Shown here in pieces: positions 23,910 through 36,442 of a stretch of 64,000 nucleotides of DNA. Below the pieces are notes generated by a model. The model did no database searches and had not been told where the DNA came from. It worked only from the letters and a program-made list of their open reading frames with translations. Each line of letters starts with the position of its first letter. Within the stretch, counting starts at the first letter, position 1. Location of the stretch: positions 23,623,105 to 23,687,104 of the forward strand of contig NC_057720.1 in the NCBI RefSeq assembly GCF_004010195.1, written 5' to 3'. Origin of the DNA: Chiloscyllium plagiosum. Its lineage: Eukaryota. The position numbers and the translations under genes were made by a program.

Positions 23910-24255
23910 ATGGGGAGGTAGCAGCCTAGTGATATTATCACTGAACTGTTAATCTAGAGACCCAGGTAATGTTCTGGGGACCTGTATTCAAAAACCACTG
24001 TGGCAGATGGTGGAATTTAAATTCAAGACATATCTGGAATTAGGGTGACCATAAATCCATTGCCAATTGTTGGAAAAATCTATCTGAATCTCTAATGTCC
24101 TTTAGGGAAAAAAGGACCCTTACCTGGTTTGACCTACATGTGACTACAGACCCACATCAATGTGGGTGACTCTAAACTGCTGTCTTGGCAATTAGGGATG
24201 GGCAATAAAAGTATGCCTAGCCAGCAATGTCCTTGTCCTATGAATGAATTTTTAA
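23910..24255 (+). mobile_element. tRNA-derived SINE (second family; copies also at about 11195-11500 +, 52390-52755 +, 46325-46710 -, and tails at 24755-25030 - and 35640-35820 +)
   Basis: Shared blocks GGCAGATGGTGGAATTT, CTAATGTCCTTTAGGGAA, CCTGGTCTGGCCTACATGTGACTCCAGA, GGGCAATAAA recur in these copies. Confidence 0.75.
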
Positions 24256-24334
24256 AAAAGACCAACTTTATACGCAACCTGACCGCTGTCTCCTCTCCAC
24301 CATCAGTATTTGGCCATTATCTCCAAAAGGAGGT

Positions 24335-24685
24335 GGGTAAAATCATGAGGGGCATAGATAGGATGAATACATCTTTTTTTTTCCCAGGGATGGGGAAGTT
24401 GAAAACTAGAGGGCATAGGCTTAAGGTGAGAGGGGAAGGATTTAAGAAGGACCCAAGGGGCAACTTCTTCACACAGAGTAGTGCGTATATGGACTGGGCT
24501 GCCAGAGAAAGTGGTTGAGACAGGTACAATAGCAACATTTGAAAAACATTTGGATAGGTACATGGATGCAAAAGGTTTAGAGGGATATGGACCAAATGTG
24601 GGCAGTTGGAACATGGTCAACATGGACCAGTTTGGGCTGAAGGACCTGTTTCCATGCCGAATTACTTTATGACTCTCTGACTCTA
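24335..24685 (+). mobile_element. CR1 3' fragment
   Basis: KIMRGIDR..KTRGHRLKVRGE..RGNFFTQ, with tail TATGACTCT. Confidence 0.85.
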
Positions 24686-26136
24686 AATGTAAGTGATTGC
24701 CTATTTTATGACTGAAGAATGCAGTCATTATATTACTGGAAAGGAACTTTTTTTTATTTACTCATGGGATATGGCTGTCACTAGCTGGGTAGTATTTATT
24801 GGCCATCCCCACTTGTACTTGAGAAGATAGTAGTGATCTATCTTCTTGAACTGCTGCAGTCCATGTGCTGCAGGTCAACCCACAATGCATTAGGGAGGGA
24901 ATTCTAGGATTTTCATCCAATTTCATTGAAGGAATGGTGTTAGATTTCAAAATCAGGATGATGAGTGGCTTGGAGGGGAACTTGCAGCTGGTCATGTTCT
25001 CATGCATCTTTCACTCTTGACCTTCAAGATGGAAGTGATTGTAAGTTCTAAACAAATAATTCCTATTGCTGACAGAATGGAAGTGCACAATGTAGGGGCA
25101 AAGGACTGCATATTGCTAGTTATCCCATTTGCATTTATATCCTTCCATTACTTCAGTAAATAATGGGTCAGAATTCCTGCAGTGTAGCCAGCATTTCAAA
25201 GTTTGAGTATTGCTGAAAAAAAGACACATATATTGTCAAAAAATGCACTCTTCAGGATGTTTTGCAAGAATATAAATTCAAAGGGAAAAACAAGTTGTAA
25301 AAATGTAACATTTGTAAGTTTCTGATCAATTGTGGTCAGTGGTCAAGTCTGGACAAAATGAAAAAACCTGGATAGCTTTTCACAATTGCATTTCCTCATG
25401 TACATATATGATTCCTGTTGTGAACATTTAATTAAACCATCCATTGTTAGTGTCACTGCTAAGGGAATAAGCATTTACTGTAAACATCATTACAAATTAA
25501 GGTAATTATTATGTCTTTTAGTTATTACAGAGATGAGATGCCATAAAAAAAACTGAAGAAGAAACTCAAAAAAAAATTTTCAAAGTATTTTAAGCAAGAG
25601 TTAGGCATTACATCTCAGTGGTAAATGTTCTACACAGTGTGATACAAAACTAAAGCAGAATGCAATGTTCAGGCAATGTTCCACATTGTGAGAATTAATC
25701 TCAAGTAAACAGCTAAGCCTGAGAATTTACTTCATCAGGGAGTCAGAATGTAAGTTTAATTTTGGCATTTTTATTTAGTGTTTTCACATCAATGTTCTTA
25801 TCGTCTGTTACCACCAACTTGTGGTTGCCAACCTTTACTGTGTTGGTTTGTGTAATACAAACAAGGTTTGTTAAAAACTATTATTGAATTTGAATGCTGT
25901 GAGAGAACTCTGCTATAACCATGCTTTGGGCTGCTGCAGCTATGTCTGAATTGAGCTTCTGCCATAGATTCAGAACTTTGTTGCTGTCCCTTCATGAATT
26001 CTGCACACTCTGAGTTCTCCTGGGCATTGGGTGTCTGCATGGTACTCTTTAAAAACTGCAGTGTCGTGCTAGATTGATTCTGCTCTGAGTTCCTTCCATG
26101 GTTAGCTTGTCCTTAACTATCAATACTTCTCCCTTA

Positions 26137-26865
26137 GAGTCATAGAAATGTACAGCAGAGAAACCGACCCTTCGGTCCAACCCATTCACGCCAACCAGAT
26201 ATCCCAACCCAATCTAGTCTCACCTGCCAGCACCTGGCGCATATCCTACCAACCCCTTCCTATTCATATACCCGTCCAAATGCCTTTTAAACGTTACAAT
26301 TGTACCAGCCTCTACCACTTCCTCTGATAGCTCATTCCATACACGTACCACCCTCTGTGTGAAAAAGTTGCCCCTTGGGTCTCTTTTATATCTTTTCCTC
26401 TCACTCTAAAACTATGCCCTCTAGTTCTGGACTCCCCGACCCCAGGGAAAAGACTTTGTCTATTTATCCTATCAATGCCCCTCATAATTTTGTTAACCTC
26501 TATAAGGTCACCCCACAGCCTCCGATGTTCCAGGGAAAACAGCCTGGAACAGAGGCCTGTTCAGCTTCTCCCTATAGCTCAAATCCTCCAACCCTGGCAA
26601 CATCCTTGTAAATCTTTTCTGAACCCTTTCAAATTTCACAACATCTTTCCGATAGGAAGGAGACCAGAATTGCATGCAATATTCCAAAAGTGGCCTAACC
26701 AATGTCCTGTACTGCCGCAACGTGACCTCCCAACTCCTGTACTCAATACTCTGAGCAATAAAGGAAAGCATACCAAATGCCTTCTTCACTATCCTGTCTA
26801 CCTGCGACTCCACTTTCAAGGAGCTATGAACCTGCAATCCAAGGTCTCTTTGTTCAGCAACACTA
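26137..26865 (-). mobile_element. CR1 (HER1-like) 3' fragment
   Basis: ORF 26508..26837 reads KKAFGML..LVRPLLEYCMQFWSP..ERVQKRFTRML. Tail GAGTCATAGA. Confidence 0.9.
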
Positions 26866-26914
26866 ATTGTAAACTCTTTGTTTACGCTATAGTAAACTCT
26901 CAGGACAATAAAAC

Positions 26915-29320
26915 CATAAGACGTAGGAGTAAAAGTAGACCATTCAGCTCATCTAGTCTGTTCTGCCATTCAGTGAGAGGATGGCTGATCTAATTATACT
27001 CAACTCCACTCTTCTGCATTTTCCCCATCATCCTTGATTCCTTTACTGATTAAAAATCTGTCTATCTTAATATACTTAATGACTCAGTGTTGGCATCTCA
27101 CTGTAGTAAAGAAGGCCATATATTCACTACTCTCTCAGAGAAAAAAATCCTCCTCAACTCTATCTAAAATGGATGAATTCTACTTTCAGATTATGCTATT
27201 TGGTCCTAGACTCTGGCACCAGGGATAACAAACTTTCTGCATCAATTTTGTCACATCCTGTATGAGTTTTATATGTTTTAATATGTTTGCCTTTCATTCT
27301 TCTAAATTTCAATGAGTACAGACCCAACCAACACAACTTCTATTTGCTAAAGAAAATTGCCCCAAACCTGAGATCAATCTCGTGAACCTTCTCTGGATTG
27401 CCTCCAATGCCAGTATATCTTCTCTTATATAAGGGGCTCAAAACTGTTCACAGTAGTCCAGCTGTGGTATGAAAACATAGAAACATAGAAGATAGGAGCA
27501 GGAGGAGGCCATTCAGCCCTTTAAGCCTGCTCGCTATTCATCTCAATTGTGGCTGATTGTCCAACTGAATAGCCTAATCCTGCTTTCTGCCCATAACCAT
27601 TGATTCTATTTGCCCCAAGTGCTATATCTAGCTACCTCTTGAACGCATTCAATGTTTTGTGGTAATGAATTCCACAGACCCACCACTCTGAGTGAAGAAA
27701 TGTCTCTATCCTAATATTCAGACTATGACCCCTGGTTCTGGACACACCCGCAATTGGGCGCATCCCCTCTGCATCTAGCCTATCTAGTCCTGTTAGAATT
27801 TTATATGTCTTTATGGGATCTCCCCTCATTCATCTGAACTCCAGTGAAAATAATCCTAACCTAGTCAATCTCTCCTCACAGAGAAGAGGTGTTGGAAATC
27901 CTGGAAAAGGTGAAAATAGTTTAGGTGGGCTTGGTTCGGCGCAACATCGAGGGCCCAAGGGCCTGTACTGCGCTGTATTCTTCTATGTTCTATGTTCTAT
28001 GTTCACACATCAGTCCTGCTATCCCCAGAATCAGCCTGGTAAGCCTTCGCCGCACTCCCTCAAGATCAAGAGCATCTTTCTCAGAAAAGGAGACCAAAAT
28101 TGCACACACTATTCGAGTTGTGGCCTCACCGAGGCCCTGTATAACTGCAACAACACATCCCTGCTCCTATACTTGAAAGTTCTAGAAATGAAGGCCAACA
28201 TACCATTTGCCGCCTTTACCACTTGCTGTACCTGCATACCTACCCTCAGCAACTGGTGCACAAGGACATCCAGGTCCCGTTGTACACTTCCATCTCCTAA
28301 TTAACAGCCATTCAGGTAGTAATCTGCCCTTGTTTTTGCTTCCAAAGTGAATAACCTCACATTTATTCTCATTAGCCTGCTTCTGCCATTAATTTGCCCA
28401 CTCACTCATCCTGTCCTGATCATGCTGAAAGATAGAAGATAGAACATAGAACATAGAAACATACAGCATAGAACAGGCCCTACGGCACACAATGTTGTGT
28501 CAAGAATTAATCCTAATTTAAAATAAATTCACCCCTCAATTCACTGCTGCTCATGTGCATTTCCAGCAGTCACTTAAATGACTCTGCTTCCACCACCACT
28601 GCTGGCAACGCATTCCATGCATTCACAATTCTCTGCATAAGGAACCTACCTCTGACATCCCCTCGATACCTTTCTCCTAATATCTTAAAATAATGACCCT
28701 TCATGCCAGTCAATCCTGCCTGGGGAAAAGTCTCTGGCTGTTGACTCTATTTATGCATCTCATTACCTTGTTATCCTCGATCAGGTCACCTCTCTTCCTC
28801 CTTCTCTCCAGACAGAAAAGTCCGAACTTAGTCAACCTCTCTACATAAGGCAACACCTCTGTTCCTCCACACTGCCAAGAATCCTGTCTTTAATCCTATA
28901 TTCAGCATTCGAGTTCGACCTTCCAAAACGAATCACTTCGCATTTATCCAGTTTGAACTCCATCTGCCATTTCTCAGCCCAGCTCTGCATCCTGTCTATG
29001 ATGTGCTGCAGCCTGCAAGAACCCTTGATATTATCAATGGCACCTCCAACCTTTGTGTCATCTGCAAATTTACTAACCCACCCCTCAACCTCCTCATCCA
29101 AGTCATTTGTAAAAACTACAAAGAGCAGAAGCCCAAGAACAGAGCCCCGCGGGACACCACTCAACACTGCCCTCCAGACAGAATACTTTCCATCTACAAC
29201 CACTCTCTGCCTTCTGTCAGCCAACCAATTATAAATCCAGACAGAATTAGTGTCTTCTACTGTGAAAGCTATTTCAAAGGATTAACTTAATGACCCTGCC
29301 ATTTCCTGGTTCCCCATTAT
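26915..29320 (-). mobile_element. Nested cluster of several CR1 fragments (mostly minus strand; + strand tail piece at about 27890-28005)
   Basis: ORFs 27632..27829 and 28841..29224 (GVPRGSVLG..SKFADDTKVGG). Several (CATAGAA)n tails at 27474 and 28432-28470. Confidence 0.85.
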
Positions 29321-29472
29321 TATTCATGATTAATAATAATAAAGTATTTTTCTTCTGGTCCTGAGTCTCGATCAGTCTCAATGTCACAGTAGCATCATCA
29401 TTAATGAAATTAATTTTCCACTATATTACAAGAAAGAAAGCAATTTATTATGCAGTAATATGCAGATGATCA

Positions 29473-29582
29473 TAAAAGTAAAATATTGTGGATTCTGGAA
29501 ATCTGAACTATAAAGAGAAAATGCTGGAGAATCTCTCCACAGATGCTGGCACATTACTGAGTTTTACCAGTATTTTCTGTCT
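29473..29582. mobile_element. Degenerate PLE-derived short repeat
   Basis: GGATTCTGGAAATCTGAA...AAAATGCTGGAGA then CTCTCCACAGATGCTG...CTGAGTTTTACCAGTATTTTCTGT, resembling family B arms. Confidence 0.5.
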
Positions 29583-30309
29583 TAATGCAGAAGAATGTGT
29601 TTTGTAACCATGCGACCTCTCATGTTAAGCTCAACAGAATGGTGCATTCTCAGAACAGCAGTGTCTTCCTGGCATTCACTGTTACTAAGGGAACCAAGGT
29701 TATCAAAATTAAATCCAGGTAGTTAGTAGAGTTTTATTTTAAAATGTTCATTATGGCCAAACCTAGATGTTTCTTTTTAAGGTGCATCAGTAGTGCCTAT
29801 AGTCTGCTTTAGCCTTTTCCTCCAGCTAACTCTGAAATGACCTCCTTATCAAATGTGGGACTCCCACATGGCTCCTGCTAAAATGAGCTTAACCCAGGAG
29901 ATTGGTTGTTTTTAGCAGCACAGCCAAAAGACATGTATGAAGCAGGGTAGAAAATCCTGTCTTTTATTTCTATTTTAGGTCATTGTATCAGTGCAACCTT
30001 ACGATGGCAATCTTTCACTCACTGTTATATTATAACATTGTTATTGTTGATTATTCTGTGCTCAGTATATAAATACTTATAGCAATCAGCTACAAAGAAC
30101 ATAAATCCTGCAGCCAGTGGTGAAGGAGCCAACAAGATTAGTGAAGACATATATAGGTCACCTACAGTCAGAAACAAGAAATTTATAATGGAGAACAAAA
30201 AGATGACCAAACCAATTAAATGCATAAAAAATCACAAGGGAAGACATAAATGACATCCTAAAAAATAGGGGACCTCAGGGTCTGATGGAAAGCAGGAACT
30301 GAATCAGTA

Positions 30310-31862
30310 GGAAAATGGTTTTGGGGACAAAGACAGATATATGCCCAGGGTCTGATAAACGTCTTCCCAGATTACTAAAGGAATTAGCCCTAGAAATAGC
30401 AGATATGTTAGTGATCATCTTCCACAATTCTAGAGTATCTGGAATATTCCTATGGATCGAAAATCAGCTAATATAACCCTATTATTTGAAAAGGGAGATG
30501 GAGAACAGACAGTGAATTATAGACCAATTAGCTAGGTATTGCTAGTGAAAAAGAAATGCTTGTGTCCATTATTAAGGAAGTTATAATAGAGCACTTAACA
30601 GATAGTGACAGGTTTGGACAGATTCAGTGTGGATTTTGTGCTTGACAAACCTGCTGTAAGATTTTGAAGATGTAATGATAAAGTAGATAATGGGAAACTA
30701 GTAGATGTGATTTACTTGGATTTTCAAAAGGATTTTGACACAGAAGAGATTAACATGTAAAATTAAAGCGCATGGGATTTGTGGTCGTGTACTGAAATGG
30801 ATTGAGGACAGGTTGGCAGACAGGAAACAAATAAAATAAAGGGGGTCTTTTTCCATGTGGCAGACAGTGACTAAATGGGTACCACGGGGATTCGTGCTTA
30901 GACCCCAGCTATTCACACTATATATTAATGATTTGAATGTAGAAACTGTGTGTTGTCTCTAAATTTGTAGATGACACAAATTTGAGTGGGAGGGTACCAT
31001 GTGAGGAGGATGCAGAGAAGCGTCTGCACAACTTTGACAAGTTAACTACATGGGGATATACATGGCAGATACAGTATAATGTGGGTAAGTGAGGTTATCC
31101 ACACAGGTATCAAAAACAGGAAAGCAGATTATTATCTGAATGGGGATACATTGGTAAAGGGAGGGGTGCAATGAGACCTCAGTGTCCTTATACATCATAC
31201 ACTTAAAGTAAGCAGGCAGGTGCAGCAAGAGCTGAAGAAGGCAAATGGTATGTTAGCCTTCATAGAGAGAGGTTTGAGTACATAGCAGGGATGTCACGTT
31301 GCGACTGTACAGGGCACTGGTAAACCTGCACCTGGAGTATTGCATTCAATTTTATTCTCCTTATCTGTCGAAGAATGTACTGGCTATTGAGAGAGTACAA
31401 AAAGCATTTACAAAGCTGATTCTTGGGATGGTTGGGACTGACATATATGGAGAGACTGATTCACTTAGGACTATATTCATTATATGGAATTTAGAAGAAT
31501 AAGGGGGACTTCATGGGCACCTTTAAAAATCTAATCGTATTTTACAGGGTAGTTGCAGGAAGAAAATTCACATTGACTGGTGAATCCAGTCTAAGGATAA
31601 GGGGTAGCCCTTTTAGGATAGAGATGAGGAGAAATTTCTTCACACAGAGAATGTGGATCCTGTGGCATTCTCTGCCACAGGAAACTGTTAAGGTCCAAAT
31701 ATTGAAAACTTTCAAGCAAGATGTACATATAGCTCTTAGGCCTAATGGGTATGGGGAGAAAGTAGTAACAGAGGATAGAATTAGATAATCAACCATAATC
31801 ATATAGACCAGGTCAGAAGCACCAAACAGCCTACTCCTCCTATATTCTATATTTCTATGATC
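30310..31862 (+). mobile_element. Old CR1 RT-to-3'-end fragment
   Basis: NYRPIS, DVIYLDFQK, LYRALVNLHLEYCIQF, EMRRNFFTQR, with many frameshifts. Confidence 0.85.
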
Positions 31863-31864
31863 CA

Positions 31865-32700
31865 TGTTGAAGAAAAACCTTCTTGATCTCATCCTCAACA
31901 GTCTATCTGTCCATACAGTATTGGTAGGTGTGACTGTTGCCCATGATAAAATTAAGTCCCGCTTTCACATTGAGGATACCCTCCAGCATGTGGTGTGGCA
32001 CTACTACCAAGCTAAATGGATAGATCTAAATGATATAGCACCTTATAGCTGGAAATCCATGAGGCTGTGTAGGCCATCAGCAGCAAGAATTGTATCATCT
32101 GTAATTTCTAACTTCACGGGTCTTCAATTTCCCACTCCAAAACCATCACAGTAGAAGATCAAACCAGATTCAATGAAGAGTGCAGGAAGCATGCCAAAAG
32201 GAGCAGCAGGCATACCTAATAATGAAGTGTCAACTTGGAGAAGCTATGTCACAGTATAGCATGCATGCCAACCCATAAAATTAGCATGAAATAGTCAAGT
32301 GAAACAATGGATCAGTGTAAGCCCTGCAGTCTGACACATACAGTGGTGAATGGTGGTGGACAATTAAAAACTAAATGGAGAAAGAGGCTCCAAAAAGTTT
32401 CCCATCTTCAATGAGTGTAGTACAATAGTCCAACAATGAAAGCATTCACTGTGTTCTTCAGCCAGAAGTGTCAGCAATCACAGATGTTAATCTTCAGCAA
32501 ATTCAATTCATTCCTCAGGATATCAAGCAATAACTGAAGGCATTGGATACGGAAAAGCCTATAGGCCCTGTGTTTGACTTGTGCTCCAGAACAAACCATG
32601 TCCCTGAACAATTTTAGTACAGCTATCATACTGGCATCTATCTGTCAATGTGGAAACTTGTCCACAAAAAGGACATATCTAAGCCAATTACCAGGCTGGT
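31865..32700 (+). mobile_element. Old LINE fragment of another CR1/L2-group family (endonuclease C-terminus/linker)
   Basis: NLLDLILN..VVWHYYQAKW, later ..WWWTIK.. and KALDTEKPIGP-like segments. Confidence 0.6.
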
Positions 32701-33454
32701 AGTATACCCCGATCATCAGATAGAATGCTTTTTTCTGGAGACGAATGATGTTAAGGCATATGAGAGAGTGCAAGAAACTGGTGTTGAAGTGATGGTTGGT
32801 TATGATCTAGAGTGGCATGGCAGGCTTGATGGGTTGAATTTCCTCCTCCTATTTCTCTGCTCCTATGTCTTATGCTTCAGTGTTGGAGAGGCGAATGTTG
32901 TTGCTGCTGGTGTCATCTGAAACATATTGGGCCAGATCTTACTTGACCAATGCATCATACAGTGTGCGACATTGGTTTTCCCTGGAGACTTGAGCTCAAA
33001 TGAATGACTCACCAACCAGAATGTAAAATGCTTGTTGAAAATTACTACACAAAGACAAAGACTTCAGTGCAATATTTCAGGAGAGGGTTTCACTGGCAGA
33101 GATGAACACTCTTAACTGTTGATCTCTCATTCGAAGAGCTCATTTGAACAGCCGGTGCAGGCACAATGGGCCTAATGGCCTCTTCTGCGCTGTAACAATT
33201 TTGTGATTTTGTGATCCCTTCAGTCTGCTAGCAATTACAAAAGGTGTGGAGGTATGGTTGCCACGATCATGTCCTTCACGCATGAAAATCCACAAAACGC
33301 ATTGTTTTGAACTGTACTGGGTGCAAGTGTAAAACATTAATATATTTTTCGGAGATTATAGTAGAGAGCCACATGTCTCCACATTTAGTCAATTTGATCA
33401 CACTGAGGAATTTAATGGTGAACAAAACCTTCTAAATGTCCTTTGATATGGGCA

Positions 33455-33775
33455 TCATGTCAGGGGACTGGAGAATCTTTCCCTCAGTGTAGGAGAGTCC
33501 AAGACTAGAGGGCATAGGTTTAAATTGGGAGGGAAAAGACTTAAAAGGGACTGGAGTGGCAACTTTGTCCCACAGAGGATGGTGCATGCATGGAATGAGC
33601 TGCCAGAGGAGGTGGTGGAGGCTGGTACAATTACAGCATTTAAAAGGCATCTAGATGGGTAAAGGGGGATATGGGCCAAGTGCTGGCAAATGGGACTGGA
33701 TTAATTTAGGACGTCTGGTCGGCATAGATGATTTGGACTGAGGAGTCAGTACAACTCTATGATTCTGTGACTCCA
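33455..33775 (+). mobile_element. CR1 3' fragment
   Basis: GAGTCCAAGACTAGAGGGCATAGG..GGCAACTTT..TGGAATGAGCTGCCAGAGG, with tail CTATGA. Confidence 0.85.
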
Positions 33776-34529
33776 ATTGCAAATCTCACTTCCTTATTCA
33801 AAAAAGTTTGAAGGATAAATGCAGCAACTGTAAAGCAGTCTGTTTAACCATGCTGGTGGAAAAGCTTTTACGAATGATGTCTGATGGAAACAGATCCTGC
33901 TGTGGCGTTCAAAGAAGAATTGTTTAAGCATTTGAGCTTTTCCAAAAAAATTGCAGTGGGAGAAGTAGCACGAGCTGAGTTGCATTTGCGAGAGAGCTGG
34001 TGGGGACTTGACAGACTGATTGACTTGCTTCTGTGTTGGAAACTTTCTGTGGTTCGTTGGATATAAGCTTTACTTGTCACAAATATCACTTATGTCACCA
34101 AAAGCATTATTGTCTACTAGAAGTACTCTAATATTTCAAACTAGATCAATCACCTGTTTGGATTTGTGCAACCAAATACAATTCCCCAATATAGGAACTG
34201 CAAATCTGTAATTGAAGATGGCTTTCATCTTTAGATTAAGCATGGGTAGCCAGCACCATTGTCAATCTTTCTGGACAGATTTATTGACTTGATTTTCTCA
34301 GTTAATACACTATTTTACTGGCTGCTGTCCCCAATTTTATTTTCACCATCTGTAGGCGATAGCTTGATCATCAAAGTAAACAACATCAATTTTAATGACA
34401 GCTGCAGGGTCATTGATGACATGAGGAACAAAGTTGACTCAATTTCTTGACTGAATCAATAAGAGCTGTTGGGATAGGGTGGAAAATGGATATTAATCAC
34501 ATGGTGCTTCCCATCCCTTTCTTCATCAC

Positions 34530-34848
34530 AGAATACATCACAGAATCCCTACAGTTTGGAAGCAGGCCATTCGGCCCATTGAATCTGCACCAATCATCTG
34601 AAGAATATCCCACCCAGATTCACCCCTCAACCCTGTCCCTGTAACCCTGCATTTTCCATAGCTAATCCACCTGGCCTGTACATTTCTCTACACTATGGGG
34701 CAATTTAGCATGGCCAATCCATCTAACCTGCACATCTTTGGACTTTGGGAGGAAATCGCGGCACTTGAGGACACCCACACTCACACAGGGAGAACATACA
34801 AACTCCACACAGACAGGCGTCTAAAAGTGGAATCAAACCCGGGTCCCT
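34530..34848 (-). mobile_element. V-SINE
   Basis: Reverse V-domain GGCAATTTAGCATGGCCAATCC..AAACTCCACACAGACA. Confidence 0.8.
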
Positions 34849-35220
34849 ATTATGAACATCTATCATAAATACCATCTTTCCAGTCATGTTCAAGAAAATA
34901 TAACTGCTTTTGTTCTCTCAAAGTTTTAGAGAAAAGAGAAGGGTTACAAAGCAGGGGAATGCCATTTAGCTTCTCAATCCTCCTCTGTCATTGAGACTCC
35001 ATTAACCTACATTAGCTCAGATTCCCTTACCTAACAAAACCCTATCGATGTCCATCTTGAGAGCTCCAATTGGCCTAGCTTGCATAGCCTTTTTAATTGA
35101 TTCATGTTAAACGATTCTACTTTAGTGTTAATGGTGCCAGTTTCTAAACAGCAGGTAGATAACAAAGATCAAGTACATCTAACGGCAAGTTGTAGTGTTT
35201 GGATTGACATAAATATGAGT

Positions 35221-35618
35221 TGAAACTTTATTGCTGGAACAGCACAGCAGGTCAGGCAGCATCCAGGGAACAGGAGATTCGACGTTTCGGGCACAGGCCC
35301 TTCTTCTTTATTGTTCCAGCAATAAAGTTTCAACTTTGATCTCCAGCATCTGCAGACCTCACTTTCTCCTTGACATAAATATGAGTCAAGGTTAGAGTGG
35401 TCCTGGAAAAGCACAGCAGTTCGGGCAACATCTGAGGAGCAGGAAAATTGACATTTCAGGCAAAAGAGTGGCTTATGCCCGAAACGTCGATTCTCCTGCT
35501 CCTTGGATGCTGCTTGACCTGCTGCGCTTTTCCAGCAATACATTTTTCAGCTCTGATCTCCAGCATCTGCAGTCCTCACTTTCTCCTAGTTGATTTCACG
35601 CAAAAGCCCTTCATCAGG
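35221..35618. mobile_element. Cluster of three nested/adjacent PLE mini-insertions
   Basis: TSD TTGACATAAATATGAGT (35204-35220 / 35370-35386), TSD CATAAATATGA (35374-35384 / 35620-35630), TSD ATTTCA(G/C)GCAAAAG (35453-35466 / 35593-35606). Confidence 0.85.
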
Positions 35619-36256
35619 GCATAAATATGACTCTAGACCCACCAAATATGGCTGATTCTTAACCACCCACTAAAATGGCTGAACAAATCTCCTGAACCCC
35701 TACAACAAAGGGCTTCACCAATTCCAACAAAATGGCTCACACTACTTCCCCAGTGGGAATTATGGATTGGCAATAAATGTTAGCCTTACCAGTGCATTCA
35801 CATGTTGTGAATGAATAAAACAATTCTAAACGTTTCTATCATAACAGTCATATAATCACATTCACTTGATTATATTTTAATGCAACTTATTTCACACGTA
35901 CCATGTAATCAATACAGTACTCCCATTCTCATTACTATTCCTCAGTATACTGTAGTTTAATTACTATATAACATATAAGTTCTCCAAATAGTCTTTAAAC
36001 TGGCATGTAGTTAAAAGTATAAAAATGCAAGTATTTGCATGATATACTTATATATTCTCCTTTTTTCCTGATCCTTTCCATAACAGTAAGAATTAACTAA
36101 ACCTTTAAATATTGTTTGTGACATGGATTGTGTGAATAATTTTGTTTACATAATTTAATCAGCTTTAGATTAATTTCTGGAATAATGATTATTTTAGTGG
36201 CGAGTGTAGATAAGTTGTGATCTAGCTCACGTTCTTTTCTCATTTTCCCTTCTCAG

Positions 36257-36442
36257 TTACCTATACTGGCCTCGTCAATTGTCAGCCTTTACTTCCTGGA
36301 GCTCACGGATGTCTTCAAGCCAGTTCGTTCAGGCTTTAACTGCCATGACAGGACACTCAGCATGCCGTATATTGAACCAACTCAGGAAATCATCCCCTTC
36401 CTCATGTTGCTTAGCTTGGCATTTGCTGGACCTGCAGCCATG
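36257..36442 (+). CDS. PLPPR4: PLPPR4 coding exon 2 ([62 protein letters not shown])
   Basis: Polypyrimidine tract + CAG acceptor ending 36256. 186 nt open frame (not shown in this frame by the ORF track). ATG|GTGCGT donor. Near-identical to recalled vertebrate PLPPR4. Confidence 0.95.

Noticed and set aside
33790..34520. Unique-looking, possibly decayed coding stretch (pseudogene or viral relic)
   Set aside because: Frames examined contain many stops and no motif I recognise; would need BLASTX.
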